From Bacteroidales bacterium (GTDB lineage: Bacteria; Bacteroidota; Bacteroidia; Bacteroidales; GCA-2748055): 64,000 nt of DNA. Position numbers and translations under genes: made by a program. Shown here one piece after another: positions 9,330 through 17,652 of this stretch; the first letter of the stretch is position 1; every line of letters begins with the position of its first letter. Location of the stretch: the NCBI GenBank assembly GCA_016936975.1, contig JAFGWU010000025.1, positions 361-64,360 of the forward strand, in the 5' to 3' direction. Under the pieces are notes generated by a model. That model ran no database searches, had not been told where the DNA came from, and saw only the letters and a program-made list of their open reading frames with translations.

Positions 9330-10124
9330 TCATCCGGATGTATGCTTTCCTTGTTCAGGTTGCTGTTCGGTAACCAGTGCTGAAACGAGATCAAGGGAGG
9401 TCCATTCGAATAACGGATGTTCCTTTATCCTGTTTGCACCGGTTCCCGCCGCCGGTCGCTTCCGGGATTCGGTAAGCACCAGGAAGGGTATTTTGTATTT
9501 CAGGGCCAGTTCAGCAATCCGCCCGGTCCCCTTTTTATTCAGGAAGCGGTCCTCCAGCAATGTATCACACCCCACCAGAACGCCGTCCGTTTTATACAAA
9601 ACCTGCTCCACATCCTCATCGTGCACCAAAACCGACTCGATGCCCATACCGGCAATTTTCTTTTTTGAAAGGAGTCCCTCGCATCCGGGTATGGAAACCG
9701 TCTGGAAAATCCTGAAGATGGTTCCGTTTTCCTTTAGTTTTTCAAGAACGGAAAGAATGGTTCCGCTATGGCTGTGGGTCAGGAAGGTTTTGTTGTTCAG
9801 TTCGATCTGATGCTTCAGATTCAGGGCAATCTTTTCAGGGGCAGAGGCCCAGAACAGTTCGTAATCGTCGAGGTATTTAAGCACCGTTGACGGAAAGACG
9901 AAAGGTGGTTCCAGCCTGATAAGCAGGTCGCCGCAAAGATTAACGACAGCGGCAAAGCGATCCATCTCCCTTTGCACCGTTACCATACAGCTTCTGAACT
10001 GTTCCCGCTGAATTGCCGGATTTAAAGCCAGTTTTCTCAGGACAAACACGAGCTTTCCGGTCAGGACTGCCGAACCCGATTCCCTGTCGTTTATAATGCG
10101 TATTAATTCCCCCGGAAGCTTCAT
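9330..10124 (-). CDS. eIF-2B/MtnA/ribose-1,5-bisphosphate isomerase superfamily protein
   Basis: RESGSA, LTHSHSGT, PGCEG, VLVGCD, NKKGT, FEWTSLDLVSALVTE motifs. Confidence 0.75.
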   Translation of the reverse strand: MKLPGELIRIINDRESGSAVLTGKLVFVLRKLALNPAIQREQFRSCMVTVQREMDRFAAVVNLCGDLLIRLEPPFVFPSTVLKYLDDYELFWASAPEKIALNLKHQIELNNKTFLTHSHSGTILSVLEKLKENGTIFRIFQTVSIPGCEGLLSKKKIAGMGIESVLVHDEDVEQVLYKTDGVLVGCDTLLEDRFLNKKGTGRIAELALKYKIPFLVLTESRKRPAAGTGANRIKEHPLFEWTSLDLVSALVTEQQPEQGKHTSG

Positions 10125-10244
10125 CTTCTCTCTTTATAGCCAGTCAGGCGAACGAAGTTATAAAAGAATACCATATGGTCTGAATTTCCTTTGTATATTT
10201 ATTACGGAATTAATTGACTGAAGAACCGATTTCTCTGATCTCAA

Positions 10245-12308
10245 GTGAAACGAATCCTCATTACAGTCGTCACGCTCCTCTGGTCTGTTCCATCCCTGCA
10301 GGCAGGCGATACGCTCGATCTGGCAGCGGCACCTTCTGCGGGCAATCTCATAATTGCCCCTCATGCCGGCGCTCTGAACCTCGAACAGATCGGGATCTGC
10401 GGCAAACCATTTGAAAGTCCCCTGGAGGTAAGGGTCACCGATGAGAACCGGAATCCCGCTGCAGGCATTACGGTGGTTTATGAATTGATCTCCCAGCCGG
10501 ACGGCTCAGAGAATGCAGTCGTGGCACCCGTTATCACTGAAACCGATTCCTCCGGGACAGCCACTGCCCGCTTTACGCCCGGCACAAAACCCGGTGCGTA
10601 TGTCATCGCTTCCAGAATTGAACCGGGATTTCCCCGGAATGAGATCATCTTTACCATTGAAGCCCGCAGGCCGAACTGGATCTATATGCTCCTGATCGGT
10701 CTGCTCGGGGGACTGGGGTTGTTCCTGTTCGGCATACATGCACTGAGCGAGGGGTTACAAAAATCAGCCGGACACCGGATGCGATCCATCCTTTCCAATG
10801 TCACCAGGAATCGCTTTGTCGGCGCAGGCATCGGAACCTTCGTGACCATGATCATTCAGAGCAGCAGTGCAACATCCGTCATGCTGGTCAGCTTTGTCAA
10901 TGCCGGCCTGATGCGTTTCCGCCAGACGATCCCGGTACTGCTTGGGGCCGCCATTGGAACGACCATCACCGCCCAGCTTATTGCCTTCAAAATAACCGAA
11001 TATGCGTTGCTGATGATCGGCATGGGATTCTTCCTGCAGGCCTTTTCAAAAAATGAGCAGGTAAAGTCCGTTGGTTATTCGGTTTTTGGATTCGGGGTTC
11101 TTTTTTTCGGGATGCACATCATGTCGGATGCCATGTCTCCCCTGAGAGACTGGCCGCCTTTCATTAACCTGCTCATAAACCTGGAGAATCCTCTTTTCGG
11201 TATCCTGGCCGGGACCTTGCTTACCGCCCTGATACAATCAAGCAGTGCCTTCATCGGAATCATGATCGTGCTTGCATCACAGGGCCTGCTGACCATGGAA
11301 GCCGTCATCCCCCTGATCCTGGGCACCAATCTCGGAACACCTGTCACGGCTCTGCTGGCCAGCCTGAAAACATCAAAGGAATCCAAGAAAGTGGCGGTCA
11401 CATTTATCCTCATCAAATTATTGATCGTCATCATTTTTGCCGGATGGACGGTCAGGTTCGGGGAACTGGTCAGGAGCATTTCCGGTGACGCCTCCACACA
11501 GCGCATGATCGCCAATGCCCATACCCTGATAAATGTTTTCATGATGATCCTGGTGCTTCCCTTTACAGGCGCACTGGCCAGGCTCATTGACCGCATCATG
11601 GGCCCTGAACGGGTAGAAAAAATTGAAGGCTTTAAACCCTATTTTCTTGATCCGGGCATGATCCATGCCCCTATCCTGGCCCTGAACCTGGCCAAACAGG
11701 AGATCATCAGAATCGCGAATATTGTCAGCTCCATGTTTGATAAAATTCTGTTACCGTTCATTGAAAAACAGTCCCATGTCCTGAACCAGATTTACAGGAA
11801 TGAAAAAGAGGTTAACTTCCTGAGGGATGCGGTCAAGGAATATTTGCTGAAGATAAGCAATGAAGCATCCTACAGGGAACGAAACAATGAATCCTTCCAG
11901 ATGATCTACTCGCTGAACGAATTCGAGAAGATTGCGGATATCATCTCCGGGGACCTCGCTAACCGGGCTGAGAAATGGATCGCCTTTCATTATGAGTTTT
12001 CCGCAAAGGGAAGAGAGGAACTGGTCCAGTATCATAAGAAAATTGCGCATCAACTTGAGCGTGCCATCGGGGTCTTTGAAGAGACCAATCTCCAGAAAGC
12101 AGCTGTAATGCAGGCAAAGCACCGGCAATACAGGAATATGTCTGTTGAACTGGAACGACAGCATTACAGCCGGCTGGTTGAAGGACTGAAAGAGTCCATA
12201 GAAAGCAGCAAAACCCACCTGGAGATCCTGGCACTGCTGAGCTCCATCGACAGCCATGCCACCAATATTGCCCGGATTGCCCTTGAGTGGGAAAATAATA
12301 AACCGTGA
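10245..12308 (+). CDS. Na+/Pi cotransporter (NptA type, PhoU C-terminus) with N-terminal Ig-like domain
   Basis: Two QSSSA motifs, LGAAIGTT and LGTNLGT, IANAHT, helical PhoU repeats; signal peptide plus Big_1-like N-terminus; GTG start. Confidence 0.88.
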   Translation: MKRILITVVTLLWSVPSLQAGDTLDLAAAPSAGNLIIAPHAGALNLEQIGICGKPFESPLEVRVTDENRNPAAGITVVYELISQPDGSENAVVAPVITETDSSGTATARFTPGTKPGAYVIASRIEPGFPRNEIIFTIEARRPNWIYMLLIGLLGGLGLFLFGIHALSEGLQKSAGHRMRSILSNVTRNRFVGAGIGTFVTMIIQSSSATSVMLVSFVNAGLMRFRQTIPVLLGAAIGTTITAQLIAFKITEYALLMIGMGFFLQAFSKNEQVKSVGYSVFGFGVLFFGMHIMSDAMSPLRDWPPFINLLINLENPLFGILAGTLLTALIQSSSAFIGIMIVLASQGLLTMEAVIPLILGTNLGTPVTALLASLKTSKESKKVAVTFILIKLLIVIIFAGWTVRFGELVRSISGDASTQRMIANAHTLINVFMMILVLPFTGALARLIDRIMGPERVEKIEGFKPYFLDPGMIHAPILALNLAKQEIIRIANIVSSMFDKILLPFIEKQSHVLNQIYRNEKEVNFLRDAVKEYLLKISNEASYRERNNESFQMIYSLNEFEKIADIISGDLANRAEKWIAFHYEFSAKGREELVQYHKKIAHQLERAIGVFEETNLQKAAVMQAKHRQYRNMSVELERQHYSRLVEGLKESIESSKTHLEILALLSSIDSHATNIARIALEWENNKP

Positions 12309-12335
12309 TAACGTACAATTAAAAACCCATAAGAC

Positions 12336-13259
12336 ATGAAAAAATGTATTATTATCCTTTTTGTCCTGACTTCCGGACTGGCCTGCCATCCTGATCAAAA
12401 AAACAGGCAGGATGCCGGCAATGATTTTACCTTCGCCTTTCTCACCGATATTCACCTTCAGCCGGAACGTGGCGCGATCGAAGGCTTTCAGATGGCCATT
12501 GATTGCGTCAACACGCTGAAACCTGATTTCGTGATTACCGGAGGGGACCTGGTGATGGATGCTATGGGAGTTACCCATGAAAGAGCCGATTCCCTTTACG
12601 ATTTGTACGAAACGATGATGAAAAAATTCAGTATGCCGGTTTACAATGCCATCGGGAACCACGAATTATACGGGATAGATAAAAGAACCGGAACCAATCC
12701 GGAGCACCCGGACTACGGGGAGAAGATGTTTGAAAACCGGTTCGGTAAAAGGTATTATTCTTTTGATCATAAAGGCTGGCATTTCATGATCCTTGACGGA
12801 ATTGAGGAAGGAACCGGTGAATGGGGTAACTATATTGGCATGGTGGACTCCGTTCAGCTGGAATGGATAAAGGAAGATCTGTCAGCAACCGATACGGTTA
12901 CACCGATTGCAGTGTGCATCCATATTCCCCTGATCACGGTCATGCCCCAGGTATTGCACGGACCATTGTACAATGAAGTTTACAGCAGTGTGGTGATTAA
13001 CTCCCGGGATGTTCTTTTACCTTTTGTTAACCATAATCTCAGACTGGTCCTGCAGGGGCATCTGCATATTCTTGAAGAAATTACCATTGCTGAAAAAACC
13101 ACCTTTATCACAGGCGGGGCTGTTTGCGGAAAATGGTGGAACACTCCTGAAGATACGGATATCCAGGAGGGTTTTGTAATGGTAAGGGTGAAAGACGGGG
13201 ATTTTTCATGGGAATATATCGATTACGGCTGGGAAACGCTTCGGGAAAAGGAGCAATAA
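12336..13259 (+). CDS. Calcineurin-like metallophosphoesterase, lipoprotein
   Basis: DIH, GGDL, GNHE and GHLH motifs; lipobox LAC. Confidence 0.88.
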   Translation: MKKCIIILFVLTSGLACHPDQKNRQDAGNDFTFAFLTDIHLQPERGAIEGFQMAIDCVNTLKPDFVITGGDLVMDAMGVTHERADSLYDLYETMMKKFSMPVYNAIGNHELYGIDKRTGTNPEHPDYGEKMFENRFGKRYYSFDHKGWHFMILDGIEEGTGEWGNYIGMVDSVQLEWIKEDLSATDTVTPIAVCIHIPLITVMPQVLHGPLYNEVYSSVVINSRDVLLPFVNHNLRLVLQGHLHILEEITIAEKTTFITGGAVCGKWWNTPEDTDIQEGFVMVRVKDGDFSWEYIDYGWETLREKEQ

Positions 13260-13271
13260 AAATTAAATCCG

Positions 13272-14681
13272 ATGAAAATGATTCTTAACATCTTCCCCAT
13301 CTTATTGATTATTTGCTGCTGCGCTGGAGACAGAACCGGAAAAAATGCTGAGCCGGATGGCCCGGAAGCAGACTCATTATTCCATAGCTCGTTTTTTACC
13401 AACACACAATGGCCCTCATACAGGGGTTACCATGCATGCGGCTTTTTAAGAAATGCCGATTTGCCGGACAGCTTCAATATAGAAAAATCGGAAAATGTCT
13501 TATGGAGGCTTCCTGTTCCTGGAATGGGACTCTCCTGCCCTGTCATCTGGGATGATTATCTTTTCATCACCACGGCAGTCAGTGAAAAAGATGATTTCGG
13601 TTTCAGAACGGGAATGTACGGAGATATAGAACCGGTGAACGACAGTTCTGTCCATGAATGGCTGGTCTATTGCATCGACAGGTATAGTGGAGAGGTACAG
13701 TGGAAAAGAACTGCTCATAAAGGCATCCCGATGGTTAAACGTCATCCTAAATCCACGCACGCCAATACTTCTGTTGCAACAGACGGCAATTATGTCGTTG
13801 TTTTTTTTGGTTCGGAAGGACTCTATTGTTACAGTTTTTCCGGGGACCTGGTCTGGAAACACGATTTTGGATTGATCAACTCCGCCTGGGATGTATATGA
13901 ATCTGCCGAGTGGGAATTCAGCAGTTCTCCATTGATTTATGACGGAAAGGTTATTATTCAGGCTGATGCCCTGAACACTGCGTTCGTGGCAGTGATTGAT
14001 CTTCCATCCGGTGAAATTATCTGGAGAAAAGAAAGAGATGAAATCTCCACATGGTGCACTCCCAATGTATACATGAATGATGGTACCGCATACGTGGTTG
14101 TTAACGGATTCAGGCACAGGGGGGGCTATGATCTGGAAACCGGTGAGGAGCAATGGACCATGTCGGGTGGAGGAGATATTCCAATTCCTGCTCCCGTCAT
14201 CTGGAAAAACCTGGTTTTTTTCAACAGTGCACACGGCAGGGATCGTCCTCTGATGGCTATTCGCAATAGTGCCACCGGAATCATCCCCTTTCCGAAAAAT
14301 GAACAGTCGTTACATGAAGCCATTGCCTGGTTCGATAACCGGAGCGGCCCATATATGACTTCACCCCTTGTCTATGAGGATCTTCTGTATTGCCTGAGAT
14401 GGAACGGCAATCTGTCCTGCCAGGACCCGTCAACCGGATATTTACACTACAGGAAAACCGTTGATCCCGGAAGCTTCATTGCATCTCCTGTGGCAGCCGA
14501 TGGAAAAATATTCCTGGTTCAGGAAGAGGGAACAGTTTACATCATTAAGGCAGGGAATCAGTTTGAATTGATTCATAAATGCTCCCTGGGCGAAGTATCC
14601 CTGGTTACACCGGGTATAGCCGCAGACATGATCATTTTCAGGACAGCAGCCGGATTGATAGCCGTTTCAGAAACAGAATAA
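13272..14681 (+). CDS. PQQ-like beta-propeller repeat protein (probable lipoprotein)
   Basis: WPSYRG; repeated D..SG...W and SSP blades. Confidence 0.82.
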   Translation: MKMILNIFPILLIICCCAGDRTGKNAEPDGPEADSLFHSSFFTNTQWPSYRGYHACGFLRNADLPDSFNIEKSENVLWRLPVPGMGLSCPVIWDDYLFITTAVSEKDDFGFRTGMYGDIEPVNDSSVHEWLVYCIDRYSGEVQWKRTAHKGIPMVKRHPKSTHANTSVATDGNYVVVFFGSEGLYCYSFSGDLVWKHDFGLINSAWDVYESAEWEFSSSPLIYDGKVIIQADALNTAFVAVIDLPSGEIIWRKERDEISTWCTPNVYMNDGTAYVVVNGFRHRGGYDLETGEEQWTMSGGGDIPIPAPVIWKNLVFFNSAHGRDRPLMAIRNSATGIIPFPKNEQSLHEAIAWFDNRSGPYMTSPLVYEDLLYCLRWNGNLSCQDPSTGYLHYRKTVDPGSFIASPVAADGKIFLVQEEGTVYIIKAGNQFELIHKCSLGEVSLVTPGIAADMIIFRTAAGLIAVSETE

Positions 14682-14786
14682 CCGGAATTATCCCTTTCCG
14701 GATCATTCTGTGTGATAGAAAACATTTTCTTAAATGTGAAATAAAGGAATTGAATTTCTATATTTACGGTTGCTGGGAATTTGACC

Positions 14787-17189
14787 ATGGTAAATACAAA
14801 TCTGTCACTGGCTTTTCGAAGGCTGAGAACCAATGTCCTTTATTCAGTTCTGGTCATTTTTGGTCTTGCGGCGGGAATAGCAACCTGTATCGCCACCCTG
14901 CAATGGTCGTCATGGCACCTGACATTTGACCGTTCCTACCCTGAATTCCGGTCCATCTACCGTTTGACCCTCGAAGAAGAGAAAGATGGATTCTACAGGC
15001 ATATGGCCAGGGTGATCCATGGAGATATCATCAGAAGCATCGCCTTCTCGGATGCCTTTGCGGAGATTGATAAGATTGGCCGCCTCTCCCCTTTCAGAAA
15101 GGCCATTGTTAAAATCGAAGAGAATGAATTTTATGAGAATTTTGCATACAGCTGTGATGCCTCCTGGGTTGAGATATTCAGTCCGAAGGTTATCAAGGGA
15201 AGCGCCCTGAACCTGCTTAAGGAGCCCAAAACCGCTGTCCTTACCGAGCATGCGGCCAAAAAATATTTCGGAACAGCGGATCCCATCGGCAAATCGTTCA
15301 AAATTATTCATCAATTCAATATCGAACCCGAGGAGTTTACCGTAACCGGACTGATTGAGGATTTCCCGGATAATTCCCACCTGAAAGCAGAGGTGCTCAC
15401 ATCCCTGGAAAACCCGGTGCAATACGAAGGCACGGCCTGGACCTACCTGAAGCTAAAACCCGGTGCCTTTCCCGACCAGCTTGAGAAGAACCTGAAGCTC
15501 TTTATCGACAGTAATTTTGAGGAAGATTATACCTCAAGGATGCAACCCCGGCTGCAACCCCTCCATGAAATCCACCTGTATTCCCACAAACCCAGGGAAA
15601 TTGTTCCTAATGTGCAGTTCAAGTCGGTCATCATTCTTCTGCTTACCGGCATGTTCGTTTTCATGCTCTCCTGGTTTAATTTTATGTTGCTGTCGGTCAG
15701 CCAGCACCAGTTAAACATTCATAAACTGGTTATTCAATGGCAAATGGGCGCAGGAAGAAAGGAACTGTTCAGGCAATTCCTCATCGATTTCCTGCTGATC
15801 GGGGGCATCTCGCTTCTTCTGGGCCTGTTCCTTGTTCTGCTTCTCAGGAATGAAATTATCGGATTAACAGGAGAATATATCTTCGGGGATATGAAACTGA
15901 ACATCCTGATCTTTGTGGCCCTCCTGGTCCTGCTGACGGGTTCGGCATTAATAACTTCCTGGTACACCACCTTCAGACTTTACAGGTACCTGAGATACAA
16001 ATATCTGTCGGCGAAATCCTCAGCCCCTCCCGATGCAGCCATCAGGAATTATTTCATACGGGCAGTTATCATCACCGAGTTCATTATCACCTTCATCCTG
16101 AGTTCAAACCTGTTCCTCATTAAGAAACAAACCGACTATATCATTTCTGAACAGATGGGGTCGAAGGATCCCTCTACCATTCAGATTCCCAACCTTCACC
16201 GTTACGTGATCGACCGCTTCCCCGCGTTCAGGGAGGCGATCCTCAAAAGCCCCCACTTCCCGGAAGTGACCGGGACGATGGAACAGCCAACCGGATTGGC
16301 AATGGATGCAGTGCAATTTCAAATTACCGGAATGCCTGAAACCGGTCAGCGGCTATACCTGTTCCCGGTAGAAGAAAATTTTATCCGGTTTTATGACATC
16401 CCGGTAATCTGCGGAGATGATTTGCCGGTAAACTATCATCCCGGTGATTCAACAGAATACTTCCTGCTCAATGAAACAGCGGCCCTGATGATTGCCGGTT
16501 CCAATTTTGAAAACCTGGTCGGACGGGAAATCGATCTCGATTTTGCATACCCTGATCTGATAGGCGATGGCAGGATTATGGGAATCGTTAAGGATTTTTA
16601 CCTTTCCGGGCTTGATTACGAGGTGATACCCATGATCATCTTTCCCAAATATACCTGGCTGTACTGTTTCTCATTGAGGATCAATGGTAACCACGATGAA
16701 GCCCTGGCTTATCTCGAATCGGTCTGGAACGATCTGTTCCCCGATTTCCCGCTAAACTACCAGTACACCCAGGATATCATCGATGACTATTACAGGTCTG
16801 AAATATCTGAGATAAAAATCCGTTCGGTTTTTTCCATCCTGTCCTTCATCATTGCCGGAACGGGACTGTTCGCTTTGAGCGGCATCTTCCTGAACCGGAA
16901 ACTCAAATACGCCGCTATCAGGAAAATTAACGGGGCCTCCCTGTTCCATATCCTGATTCCCGAGCTGTTGTACTATTTTTACATGGCCCTGATCGCCGGG
17001 GCCATTGCGGTAATCCCTTCCTTCTTCCTGATGGAACACTGGCTGAGGAACTTTGTATACAAACTGAAAATCCCTGTGAGCCTTTTCCTGCTGACCACGT
17101 TAGTGCTGGTTTTATTCAGCTGGATATCGGTCATTTATCACTCCTGGAAACTGGCAAAATCAAATCCCGTTGATATATTAAGGCAATAA
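14787..17189 (+). CDS. MacB/FtsX-like ABC transporter permease (double module)
   Basis: LQPLHEIHL, GIVKDF, IRKINGAS, WLRNFVY and NPVDILR; two groups of 4 TM; alternative TTG start at 14781. Confidence 0.85.
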   Translation: MVNTNLSLAFRRLRTNVLYSVLVIFGLAAGIATCIATLQWSSWHLTFDRSYPEFRSIYRLTLEEEKDGFYRHMARVIHGDIIRSIAFSDAFAEIDKIGRLSPFRKAIVKIEENEFYENFAYSCDASWVEIFSPKVIKGSALNLLKEPKTAVLTEHAAKKYFGTADPIGKSFKIIHQFNIEPEEFTVTGLIEDFPDNSHLKAEVLTSLENPVQYEGTAWTYLKLKPGAFPDQLEKNLKLFIDSNFEEDYTSRMQPRLQPLHEIHLYSHKPREIVPNVQFKSVIILLLTGMFVFMLSWFNFMLLSVSQHQLNIHKLVIQWQMGAGRKELFRQFLIDFLLIGGISLLLGLFLVLLLRNEIIGLTGEYIFGDMKLNILIFVALLVLLTGSALITSWYTTFRLYRYLRYKYLSAKSSAPPDAAIRNYFIRAVIITEFIITFILSSNLFLIKKQTDYIISEQMGSKDPSTIQIPNLHRYVIDRFPAFREAILKSPHFPEVTGTMEQPTGLAMDAVQFQITGMPETGQRLYLFPVEENFIRFYDIPVICGDDLPVNYHPGDSTEYFLLNETAALMIAGSNFENLVGREIDLDFAYPDLIGDGRIMGIVKDFYLSGLDYEVIPMIIFPKYTWLYCFSLRINGNHDEALAYLESVWNDLFPDFPLNYQYTQDIIDDYYRSEISEIKIRSVFSILSFIIAGTGLFALSGIFLNRKLKYAAIRKINGASLFHILIPELLYYFYMALIAGAIAVIPSFFLMEHWLRNFVYKLKIPVSLFLLTTLVLVLFSWISVIYHSWKLAKSNPVDILRQ

Positions 17190-17202
17190 AATTCTTCTGC
17201 CG

Positions 17203-17628
17203 ATGGAAATGAACTTCTCTTATAAACCCGATATTCAGCAGATCCCGGTTATTCAGAACGATTTTGAATTGCTGTGGAATAACTGGGGGGTCCCCAGGCC
17301 TGAAAGCCGTCAGATTCTGATGATAATTGAGGAACTTTTCGCATCGATGATTCGTAATTCTTGTCCCCCTGAGCGGGAACATCTTGTGGAAATTACCCTG
17401 AATAAGAACGGTAATGTGATCCGGGTTGTCTTGCAGGAAAACGGGGGTCCCTTCAATCCGGTAACCCATGACCGGAAGAAGCCCCGTGATTTATTGTTCA
17501 GTGATTCAGGGAATCTGGGTATTGAACTGATCAGAACCTTTGTGGATTCCATGGCCTATCAAAGAAATTCGGATAGAAATGTCGTATCATTTCAAAAGAT
17601 GATAAAGCGTTCCGGAGATAAGGCATAA
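17203..17628 (+). CDS. RsbW/SpoIIAB-like anti-sigma factor (HATPase_c_2), degenerate
   Basis: IEEL, ENGGPFNP and GNLGIELIRTFVD. Confidence 0.72.
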   Translation: MEMNFSYKPDIQQIPVIQNDFELLWNNWGVPRPESRQILMIIEELFASMIRNSCPPEREHLVEITLNKNGNVIRVVLQENGGPFNPVTHDRKKPRDLLFSDSGNLGIELIRTFVDSMAYQRNSDRNVVSFQKMIKRSGDKA

Positions 17629-17652
17629 CGAATCCTTTTTCAATAATTTGTC

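Noticed and set aside
12336-14681. In-frame TAA between the metallophosphoesterase and the PQQ-repeat gene as readthrough or genome-wide TAA recoding
   Set aside because: The downstream gene has its own signal peptide, and many conserved genes (galM, asnA, ribH, pyrG, trmD) end correctly at TAA; in-frame adjacency occurs by chance one time in three
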